Below, piece after piece: positions 1 to 10,682 of a stretch of 64,000 bases of DNA. Origin of the DNA: Pavona decussata (lineage: Eukaryota); NCBI GenBank assembly GCA_977016875.1, contig CDRNST010000093.1, positions 558,001 to 622,000 on the forward strand, read 5' to 3'. The position numbers and the translations under genes were made by a program. Under the pieces are notes generated by a model that was not told where the DNA came from, made no database searches, and saw only the letters and a program-made list of their open reading frames with translations. The number at the start of each line of letters is the position of its first letter. The first letter of the stretch is position 1.

Positions 1-145
1 AAGTTTTCGATCGAAGAAAAGAGAAGAGCAACTGCAAAAGAAGCTAGCAATCCAACAATATTATAGCTTAGGATTTCGGCAGGTCCAGAGGACAAATACG
101 ACATAAGATATCGATTTCGCTAACCCCCAAGTTCGACTCGTAGCA
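1..145 (-). CDS. Candidate exon 2 of copy 1, running off the window: VLRVELGG*RNRYLMSYLSSGPAEILSYNIVGLLASFAVALLFSSIEN..., membrane-protein-like
   Basis: Acceptor ctttcacttttag ends at 146. The frame continues exon 1 but has TAG at 120-122. An in-frame ATG at 104 opens a TM-like hydrophobic stretch. Confidence 0.35.
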
Positions 146-672
146 CTAAAAGTGAAAGTATGTGTGATAAAAACTTCCCGCGGTTCATGTAGTTGATCTA
201 AAAGTATCTTAAGACCGTCAAGGAAAAAAGCCTATTGAACTAGGAAAATTATGGCAAATACGCTCCTCAATAAAACATTCAATAAAACTAGGAAGGTTTT
301 TTTTGTTAACATGTTTTTGGTTATGTTGAACTCAGCTCTCCGTTAGGACCACTTTACTGAAAATACCTTCAAGGGAGTTAACAAGTTTCCTGTTAGTACG
401 AAGGGCACTGAGTAAAATCATGCCCACGACGCTTCGTACATTTGACAATGTTTTTAACAATGAAGCTTTGATATTGGTAAATATTTTGATCTTGCAGTAT
501 AACTGTACAGAGATAGTGTTTGGGTCAGGGCTATAGTCAGCAATACAGAGACGCTGCCAGCGCTTTGTGAAAATGTCGTGAAATTTCGCAGCTTTACATT
601 TTCAAAACGAACAAAAAACACGTAAAATGGAACACAGTTATAGCTACTAAGACTACGGCAGCAAATGCTTAC

Positions 673-736
673 CATCAGGATTATGATCCGAGCTGAATGC
701 TGCTCTACACAGCAAAAGAACTAGGAGCCACTTCAT
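673..736 (-). CDS. Signal-peptide-like first exon, copy 1 (MKWLLVLLLCRAAFSSDHNPD, phase 1)
   Basis: ATG at 736, 21 codons plus 1 nt, then a GTAAGC donor. Basic residue, hydrophobic core and small residues follow signal-peptide order. Confidence 0.6.
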
Positions 737-2977
737 GATTCCTCGTTTGCAAGATGCAATCAACAGTTGATCTCGCTTGATCTTGAATGAGTATGATAGC
801 TGCTACCTAACCTTAAGTTTAGAGCGCAGCCAGTTTCCTTTGGCATCAGTAGCCAATCAAATACTGGCATCGTAAAGAATCTTTATGTGGGCGGAATTGA
901 TTCCAAAGTTCCCTTAACAGCATGGATTCATTTTTTTCCGCATAACATGCACGCCTATCTAGTTTAAAAAACATGGTGTGTTTCTCAGCTCTCTTTAATT
1001 AAGCAACAACGACGCCACACGAATATGCACATGAACTTATATGAACGTTGCACCTGCTAGGTTCGAGCTTCATTTCTCGGCATAAATAGTTGATATTCCA
1101 TTTCTAATTTAGATGGGTGGTGAAAGTCAAGTTACGCTTCACCACCCCCTTAAACTTTTCAACATTTATTCCTTACAAATTCGCCGTCTTTGTTATTTGT
1201 CACATAAATCTATTGGGTTGGTGAAGTATGCTTATCACATCCTTTCAAATGAAGGACGAACTTGAAGTTAATATTCTTAAATACAGTAAGAATATATTCG
1301 TGATCAAAGCGAAAAAGGTTAAATTTAGACAAAACAAAGAAAAGCTGTCTTGTTTTTTTCCGTGTAATATGCTAACCATCGCATCTACATTGATCTGAAA
1401 TATTCCACTTTCACTTCGAAAGTTTAATTCTACAAACTGAGATCAAAACATGTATCCTCGCTCGGTCATGAATGAGAATGGCAACAGCGACCTGTCGTTC
1501 ATTTCAGAGCGAGCTAGTTCCTTTTAGTATCAGTAGCCAAGTAGGAGCCGGAATCACAAAGAATTATTATGTGGCTAGAACTGATCGGTTGTGAAGTGAC
1601 GGCTTAACAACAAAGGCTTCAAGACAAGTAATTGTTCAGTTCCGCATATCGTGCAATCCATCACAGCTAGCTCGAAAACATGTCGTGTTTCTCTCTTTAC
1701 GAAGTAAGCCATAAAGGCTTAATAAGAGGTCTCATTCATGCCGCGTTCTACGCTCCCGTCAGCGAGATTGAGCTAATTGCGAAGATTTTAGGGGTAATGG
1801 TCTGTATTCAAAATTGACGCAGTCTTCAGTTTTATTGATATGATTGGTGGAATATGCTTATCATAGTGTTTCAAATGATGCATCATATGTGGACTTAAAG
1901 TTAATATCGTTAAATGTGGTAAGACCATGTATTCGTGAGCTAAGCGAAAGAGTTTAAATCCAAACAAAGGAAAGCTGTCTTGTTTATTTTCCCGTGTACT
2001 GAATATGCTAATCATCCCATCTTACGCACTTTGATCTGAAATATTCCGCTTTCCTTCGAACGTTCTACAAAGATCAAAACGTTAAGTTTCTCTACTTTCA
2101 AAGCGAAAACCAAATTTCAGGAGTAAACTGATCATTCAAGAGCGATTATAACAGGGATGAAATGGTCATAATGAAGCAGTTGGTCAGGAGGAGACTGGTT
2201 TCCAAAAGAATGATTAACAGGACATCCACAATTAAGAATGTTTTTGTTTTCAACTATTGAAACAAAACGAGTTTCTTATCATTAAAAATACAAAGCATAC
2301 CCATAAACTACAACTTGTTTTTTTGCTGTTAGTGCATAATTAGTGTTAAAACATAATTACTGCTGTTAGTACATTAAGTTAATGTGACAAAAATCTTAGA
2401 ATGTAAGCGATTATATAGAATAAAGTCTTTTTGGTGGTCAATTATGTCGCGACCATTGAAACAGTAAATTACTCTCTTCTAATTAAAGTGCTGCTGACGA
2501 AAACAGTAGTTTTTTTCTGTGCATTATGTACAATCGATCTAGCGAAACAATGGATTCAACAAGGCCGGGGAGGCTTGGACTAGTCTTGCATTGGGCTCGC
2601 AAACTAAAAGCCAACATCACAAAGAATCGTTTTGAGGGCAGAATCGGTTGCAAACTGATACTAACTCATTAGGATCGCGTTACAGGCAATTGTTCAGTTT
2701 TGCGCACAATGTGCAAGCACCAAAGCCAACTTAAAAAAGTGTAGTTTGATCTGTTTCTTTCCCCTAGGGGCAGCGCTACCTACACCAGGATTCATATAAA
2801 CGTTGCATCTGCTAGGAACGAACTCGGAGAACCGAGAAGACAATCAACATTTAGCCGGCAAAGACAGGCATCTTGTAAATGGCTTCAGCGCTAAATTTTG
2901 CGTTTTCGATGTAATAAAAACCAGACGGTGTTTTCCTTTAGAAGATTTGAAAAATATGCCCAAAATTTGGACTTTTC

Positions 2978-3153
2978 TTAGCAAGTTTTGTCCAATAATG
3001 TAAGCGGTATTTCTGATGATAACATCTTTTCTGAACTATGCTTGTCAAAACGTTTCAAATGGTGTATAGAGCATACGTCATGGAGTAAACCTTTCTGCAT
3101 TGTGGAAAGTAACATGAGCAATAGGGTCATGAGCAGGCAAACGTTTAAAAGGA
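2978..3153 (-). CDS. Candidate exon 2 of copy 2, giving a 79-aa signal plus TM micro-protein
   Basis: Acceptor tctgttgcag, 524-nt intron. The in-frame join reads VLLNVCLLMTLLLMLLSTMQKGLLHD...LDKTC*. Confidence 0.3.
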
Positions 3154-3677
3154 CTGCAACAGATCGACAGAAACTTCATTAATATAAAATACACTTTTCT
3201 GGTTAAAAGTACTACTCGAAGGGCAGCTATTTATCGTAAACCAAAACAAAATAGAAAATTTCAATAAGTCTAGGGAGGTTTGTTTTGTGGAGATGTTTTG
3301 TTTTTGTTGAAATGAGCTCTCCGTTAGAACCAATTTAGTCAATGTTAAATTGACCCTTAAGGGAGCTGTAAACAAATTTCCTGTTTGTACGAAGGCCAAT
3401 AAAATCGTGCTCACAATGCCTCGTACATTTGACAGTTTTCTTTTTAAAATGAAATATCGGTATTACTAAATATTTTGACCATTCAGGGTAACATACTGTG
3501 CATTAGACACAGATAGGGTTTGGGTCAGGGCTATATAGTCAGCAGTGCAGAGACGCCGCCAGCGCGTTGTGAAATTATCGTGAAATTTCGCACCTTTACT
3601 TTTCAAAAGAAAAAAAGAAACACCTAAAATGAAATACAGCAAATATAGCTACTAAGACCACGGCAACAAATGCTTAC

Positions 3678-3741
3678 CATCAGGATTATGATCCGAGCTG
3701 AATGCTGCTCTACACAGCAAAATAACTAGAAGCCACTTCAT
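3678..3741 (-). CDS. Signal-peptide-like first exon, copy 2 (MKWLLVILLCRAAFSSDHNPD)
   Basis: Same exon with a GTAAGC donor. It differs from copy 1 by one synonymous change and one L>I change. Confidence 0.6.
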
Positions 3742-5462
3742 GATTCCTCGTTTGCAAGATGCAAACAACAGTTGTTCTCGCTTGGTCTTGAATGAGTATG
3801 ATAGCTGCTACGTAGCCTTTAATTTAGAGCGAACCTAGTTCCCTTTGGCATCAGTAGCCAATCAGATACTGGCATCGTAAAGAATCTTTGTATGAGCGGA
3901 ATCGATTCCAATGTGCCCTTAACAACTTGGATCATATGACAGGAAATTGCTCATTTTTTTTTTTCCGCATAATATACAAGCCATCATAACTAGCATGACG
4001 TGTTTTTAAGCAACAAAGCCACTACATGCACATGAACTTATATGAACGTTGCACCTGCTAGCTTCGAGCTTCATTTCTCGGCATAAATAGTTGATATTCC
4101 ATTTCTAATTTAGATGGGTGGTGAAAGTCAAGTTACGCTTCACCACCCCCTTAAACTTTTCAACATTTATTCCTTACAAATTCGCCGTCTTTGTTATTTG
4201 TCACATAAATCTATTGGGTTGGTGAAGTATGCTTATCACATCCTTTCAAATGAAGGACGAACTTGAAGTTAATATTCTGAAATACAGTAAGAATATATTC
4301 GTGATCAAAGCGAAAAAGGTTAAATTTAGACAAAACAAAGAAAAGCTGTCTTGTTTTTTTCCGTGTAATATGCTAACCATCGCATCTACTTTGATCTGAA
4401 ATATTCCACTTTCACTTCGAAAGTTTAATTCTACAAACTGAGATCAAAACATGTATCCTCGCTCGGTCATGAATGAGAATGGCAACAGCGACCTGTCGTT
4501 CATTTCAGAGCGAGCTAGTTCCTTTTAGTATCAGTAGCCAAGTAGGAGCCGGAATCACAAAGAATTATTATGTAGCTAGAATCGGTTGTGAAGTGACGGC
4601 TTAACAACAAAGGCTTCAAGACAAGTAATTGTTCAGTTCCGCATATCGTGCAATCCATCACAGCTAGCTCGAAAACATGTCGTGTTTCTCTCTTTACGAA
4701 GTAAGCCATAAAGGCTTAATAAGAGGTCTCATTCATGCCGCGTTCTACGCTCCCGTCAGCGAGATTGAGCTAATTGCGAAGATTTTGGAGGTAATGGTCT
4801 ATATTCAAAATTGACGCAGTCTTCAGTTTTATTGATATGATTGGTGGAATATGCTTATCATAGTGTTTCAAATGATGCATCATATGTGGACTTAAAGTTA
4901 ATATCGTTAAATGTGGTAAGACCATGTATTCGTGAGCTAAGCGAAAGAGTTTAAATCCAAACAAAGGAAAGCTGTCTTGTTTATTTTTCCGTGTACTGAA
5001 TATGCTAATCATCCCATCTTACGCACTTTGATCTGAAATATTCCGCTTTCCTTTGAGCGTTCTACAAAGATCAAAACGTTAAGTTTCTCTACTTTCAAAG
5101 CGAAAACCAAATTTCAGGAGTAAACTGATCATTCAAGAGCGATTATAACAGGGATGAAATGGTCATAATGAAGCAGTTGGTCAGTAGGAGACTGGTTTCC
5201 AAAAGAATGATTAACAGGACATCCACAATTAAGAATGTTTTTGTTTTCAACTATTGAAACAAAACGAGTTTCTTATCATTAAAAATACAAAGCATACCCA
5301 TAAACTACAACTTGTTTTTTTGTTGTTAGTGCATAATTAGTGTTAAAACATAATTACTGCTGTTAGTACATTAAGTTAATGTGACAAAAATCTTAGAATG
5401 TAAGCGATTATATAGAATAAAGTCTTTTTGGTGGTCAATTATGTCGCGACCATTGAAACAGT

Positions 5463-6243
5463 TGGGGGCTTCACACTAGAGCTTGTAAGTATAATCTAAG
5501 TGCACTTGAAACCTACTTTGAGTGTGAAGGGGTAAAACCTACCAACTTGAACTTTACTTAGTGACCATGGAAACGTTCGTAGTTCAAAGAAGCCGAAGTA
5601 CGCCGCCAAGTATGGCCAACACCACACTTGAGAACGTACTTGACCAATAGGAAAAGGGAAACCAACTGAAAGCCACGTGCTGCGGTGCCAAGACAGATAA
5701 ACATTTTGCCGTGAACTAAAATTAATAAAAAAAAATCAAAATGGATGGCTGGAGATACGCCTCGCAGTTTGAGGACTCCATGGAACAGTCTTTTATGTAA
5801 GTAAACATAGAAAAAAAAAGGAAAAGCCGATATAAATAGTTAAACTTACGATCTTATTTGAATTTCATCTTTACAGACCGCCTGAACCATCGATTTTCAG
5901 TTCAGAAGATGTCGCCTGTTCTTTTGTTTTGTCGCCAAGTACTCGTAAACAATGAAGTACTTATGCATTTCCTGTAATGTTAAAACTCTCTGAGTTACAA
6001 TTAAAGACAAAATAAAGAGTAAACAACATAAAACGTTTTTCCGTTGCAAAGGCTCCATGATTTTCCGGCGAGGAATCGCATTTCTGATTTTACCGCGAAC
6101 GATGATTGACAGCTTGTGCTTCAAGTATATACTTTGTCACCAGGTGTGAAGCCAAGTTTTCTAAAGTGCGACTTGAGATTTTCAAGTGCACTTGAATCAA
6201 GTGCTTACTTGAAACTAACTTAGCTTGTAGTGTGAAGCCAACA
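5463..6243. mobile_element. 781-bp non-autonomous DNA transposon with 16-bp TIRs and a 3-bp TSD (PIF/Harbinger-like)
   Basis: Absent from the other repeat copies (empty site gaaacAGTaaatt at ~2458 and ~9238). Ends TGGGGGCTTCACACTA / TAGTGTGAAGCCAACA match at 14/16. AGT is duplicated at 5460-5462 and 6244-6246. Confidence 0.9.
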
Positions 6244-6759
6244 AGTAAATTACTCTCTTCTAATTAAAGTGCTGCTGACGAAAATAGTAGTTTTTTTCTG
6301 TGCATTATGTACAATCGATCTAACGAAACAATGGAATTCAACAAGGCCGGGGAGGCTTGAACTAGTCTTGCATTGGGCTCGCAAACTAAAAGCCAACATC
6401 ACAAAGAATCGTTTTGAGGGCAGAATCGGTTGCAAACTGATACTAACTCATTAGGATCGCGTTACAGGCAATTGTTCAGTTTTGCGCACAATGTGCAAGC
6501 ACCAAAGCCAACTTAAAAAAGTGTAGTTTGATCTGTTTCTTTCCGCTAGGGGCAGCGCTACCTACACCAGGATTCATATAAACGTTGCATCTGCTAGGAA
6601 CGAACTCGGAGAACCGAGAAGACAATCAACATTTAGCCGGCAAAGACAGGCATCTTGTAAATGGCTTCAGCGCTAAATTTTGCGTTTTCGATGTAATAAA
6701 AACCAGACGGTGTTTTCCTTTAGAAGATTTGAAAAATATGCCCAAAATTTGGACTTTTC

Positions 6760-6935
6760 TTAGCAAGTTTTGTCCAATAATGTAAGCGGTATTTCTGATG
6801 ATAACATCTTTTCTGAACTATGCTTGTCAAAACGTTTCAAATGGTGTATCGAGCATACGTCATGGAGTAAACTTTTCTGCATTGTGGAAAGTAACATGAG
6901 CAATAGGGTCATGAGCAGGCAAACGTTTAAAAGGA
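6760..6935 (-). CDS. Candidate exon 2 of copy 3
   Basis: Same as copy 2 apart from one synonymous change and one G>S change. Confidence 0.3.
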
Positions 6936-7457
6936 CTGCAACAGATCGACAGAAACTTCATTAATATAAAATACACTTTTCTGGTTAAAAGTACTACTCG
7001 AAGGGCAGCTATTTATCGTAAACCAAAACAAAATAGAAAATTTCAATAAGTCTAGGGAGGTTTGTTTTGTGGAGATGTTTTGTTTTTGTTGAAATGAGCT
7101 CTCCTTTAGAACCAATTAAGTCAATGTTAAATTGACTGTTGAGGGAGTTGTAAACAAAGTTCCTGTTTGTACGAAGGCCAATGAAATCATGCTCACAATG
7201 CTTCGTACATTTGACAGTTTTCTTTTTAAAATGAAATATCGGTATTACTAAATATTTTGACCATTCAGGGTAACATACTGTGCATTAGACACAGATAGGG
7301 TTTGGGTCAGGGCTATAGTCAGCAGTGCAGAGACGCCGCCAGCGCGTTGGGAAATTATCGTGAAATTTCGCACCTTTACTTTTCAAAAGAAAAAAAGAAA
7401 CACCTAAAATGAAATACAGCAAATATAGCTACTAAGACCACGGCAACAAATACTTAC

Positions 7458-7521
7458 CATCAGGATTATGATCCGAGCTGAATGCTGCTCTACACAGCAA
7501 AATAACTAGAAGCCACTTCAT
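7458..7521 (-). CDS. Signal-peptide-like first exon, copy 3
   Basis: Coding sequence identical to copy 2, with a GTAAGT donor. Confidence 0.6.
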
Positions 7522-10261
7522 GATTCCTCGTTTGCAAGATGCAAACAACAGTTGTTCTCGCTTGGTCTTGAATGAGTATGATAGCTGCTACGTAACCTTT
7601 AATTTAGAGCGAACCTAGTTCCCTTTGGCATCAGTAGCCAATCAGATACTGGCATCGTAAAGAATCTTTGTATGAGCGGAATCGATTCCAATGTGCCCTT
7701 AACAACTTGGATCATATGACAGGAAATTGCTCTTTTTTTTTTTCCGCATAATATACAAGCCATCATAACTAGCATGACGTGTTTTTAAGCAACAAAGCCA
7801 CTACATGCACATGAACTTATATGAACGTTGCACCTGCTAGCTTCGAGCTTCATTTCTCGGCATAAATAGTTGATATTCCATTTCTAATTTAGATGGGTGG
7901 TGAAAGTCAAGTTACGCTTCACCACCCCCTTAAACTTTTCAACATTTATTCCTTACAAATTCGCCGTCTTTGTTATTTGTCACATAAATCTATTGGGTTG
8001 GTGAAGTATGCTTATCACATCCTTTCAAATGAAGGACGAACTTGAAGTTAATATTCTTAAATACAGTAAGAATATATTCGTGATCAAAGCGAAAAAGGTT
8101 AAATTTAGACAAAACAAAGAAAAGCTGTCTTGTTTTTTTCCGTGTAATATGCTAACCATCGCATCTACTTTGATCTGAAATATTCCACTTTCACTTCGAA
8201 AGTTTAATTCTACAAACTGAGATCAAAACATGTATCCTCGCTCGGTCATGAATGAGAATGGCAACAGCGACCTGTCGTTCATTTCAGAGCGAGCTAGTTC
8301 CTTTTAGTATCAGTAGCCAAGTAGGAGCCGGAATCACAAAGAATTATTATGTGGCTAGAACTGATTGATTGTGAAGTGACGGCTTAACAACAAAGGCTTC
8401 AAGACAAGTAATTGTTCAGTTCCGCATATCGTGCAATCCATCACAGCTAGCTCGAAAACATGTCGTGTTTCTCTCTTTACGAAGTAAGCCATAAAGGCTT
8501 AATAAGAGGTCTCATTCATGCCGCGTTCTACGCTCCCGTCAGCGAGATTGAGCTAATTGCGAAGATTTTGGGGGTATTGGTCTATATTCAAAATTGACGC
8601 AGTCTTCAGTTTTATTGATATGATTGGTGGAATATGCTTATCACAGTGTTGCAAATGATACATCATATGTGGACTTGAGGTTAATATTCTTAGATGTGGT
8701 AAGATCCTGTATTCGTGAGCAAAGCGAAAGAGTTTAAATCCAAACAAAGGAAAGCTGTCTTGTTTATTTTTCCGTGTACTGAATATGCTAATCATCCCAT
8801 CCTACGTACTTTGATCTGAAACATTCTGCTTTCCTTCGAACGTTCTACAAAGATCAAAACGTTAAGTTTCTCTACTTTCAAAGCGAAAACCAAATTTCAG
8901 GAGTAAACTGATCATTCAAGAGCAATGATAACAGGGATGAAATGGTCATAATGAAGCAGTTGGTCAGTTGGAGACTGGTTTCCAAAAGAATGATTAACAG
9001 GACATCCACAATTAAGAATGTTTTTGTTTTCAACTATTGAAACAAAACGAGTTTCTTATCATTAAAAATACAAAGCATACCCATAAACTATAACTTGTTT
9101 TTTAGCTGTTAGTGCATAATTGGTGTTAATACATAATTACTTCTGTTAGTACATTAAGTTAATGTGACAAAAATCTTAGAATGTAAGCGATTATATAGAA
9201 TAAAGTCTTTTTGGTGGTCAATTATGTCGCGACCATTGAAACAGTAAATTACTCTCTTCTAATTAAAGTGCTGCTGACGAAAACAGTAGTTTTTTTCTGT
9301 GCATTATGTACAATCGATCTAACGAAACAATGGATTCAACAAGGCCGGGGAGGCTTGAGCTAGTCTTGCATTGGGCTCGCAAACTAAAAGCCAACATCAC
9401 TAAGAATCGTTTTGAGGGCAGGATTGGTTGCAAATTGATACAACTAAACACCTTCTGGCGGCAAGTTGTTTTCACCCCGCGATCGAGCAGCCAGGGTTGC
9501 TAAAATGTAACACAATGAACGGCTAATTTTCCAGTCCACATTGGATCATCATTTTATTGACGTAGACCTGTTGTTTTAGAGAGATGCATGATTTGGAGGA
9601 ACTATTTTTTTAAGACGAAACAAACTCATTCAGTAGATGACAGGATGCTTTAGAGCTGGGTTCATGACGTCGACCGGAACACGATTTATTAATTGTTCAG
9701 GAGCGCGCCTACGCCTACATCAGTTCTAGGTAATTAATATATTGTTTAAGTCACCTAACAATAAGCAAATTTTTTTAGTCTACATAATTACTTGGCTTCG
9801 TTAAGTCAGTCAACGATACCAAACAGGAAATTTAGCCGGACTTACATATTTTTGAGTTCCCCTGTTTGGACTCATCTACTGAGTGAATAAAATAGCTAGA
9901 TTTTAATCACAGTCCGAAGACTGTAAGGTGATAAATGTCTTCTTAACAGATAGCCAAACGAACAGTGGCCTTGATGAATAAACGTCATTAGACTAACGTG
10001 TTGGTCATAGAAACAAAGTAGGTTTAAACAATAGGATGTTTACATCAACCATGGCTGCTGCTAATAATAATGACTTTATTTAAGTGTCAAAGTATCTAGC
10101 ACTATTGTGCTAATTGTAGACACTATAAATCAGAAAAAAACAAAACAAGCAATAACTGAACAAAACATTGTTAAAAATCACTATTTACAAATAATGCTAC
10201 AAATATATAAATTAAAATCGTGAATACTTACTGTACATTACTAAAATGTAGCAAATAACGG

Positions 10262-10262
10262 T

Positions 10263-10300
<38 letters not shown>

Positions 10301-10350
10301 CCTCATTAGCATACGACTTAACTCATAGAGGCCGTGGCCGTAGATATAAA

Positions 10351-10418
<68 letters not shown>

Positions 10419-10500
10419 ATATTGAAGGAAATATCAGCCATTAAAAAACTGCGAAGTTGCTGGGAGGCAAAAAAATTAATGAGCCATGCATTCTCTGTAC

Positions 10501-10533
<33 letters not shown>

Positions 10534-10621
10534 AACCATTCAATGTATTGGGCTCAAATTTTCAGAGAAAACTGAAACTGTTATGGCCTTTCAATAATCA
10601 AAGATTTTATTTTATTAGCGC

Positions 10622-10652
<31 letters not shown>

Positions 10653-10682
10653 ACAAAAAGTGTAAACAAAGATTCGCCTATA
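10262..10682. mobile_element. MITE
   Basis: TIR TATAGGCGAATCT...AGATTCGCCTATA, plus subterminal inverted TGTTTACA...CTCATTA motifs. Confidence 0.8.

Larger units (their letters stand above)
240..9441. repeat. Tandem array of ~3.0-kb units, about three copies
   Basis: Near-identical blocks recur at offsets of ~2997-3005 (e.g. 1741 vs 4738) and ~3782 (2803 vs 6585, which includes a 784-bp insertion). Homology stops near 9441 on the right and fades near 240-290 on the left. Confidence 0.95.

Noticed and set aside
7450-7461. ATACTTACC resembling the U1 snRNA 5' end within a tandem array
   Set aside because: It is the reverse complement of a splice donor. No U1 body or Sm site follows, and the other copies read ATGCTTACC.
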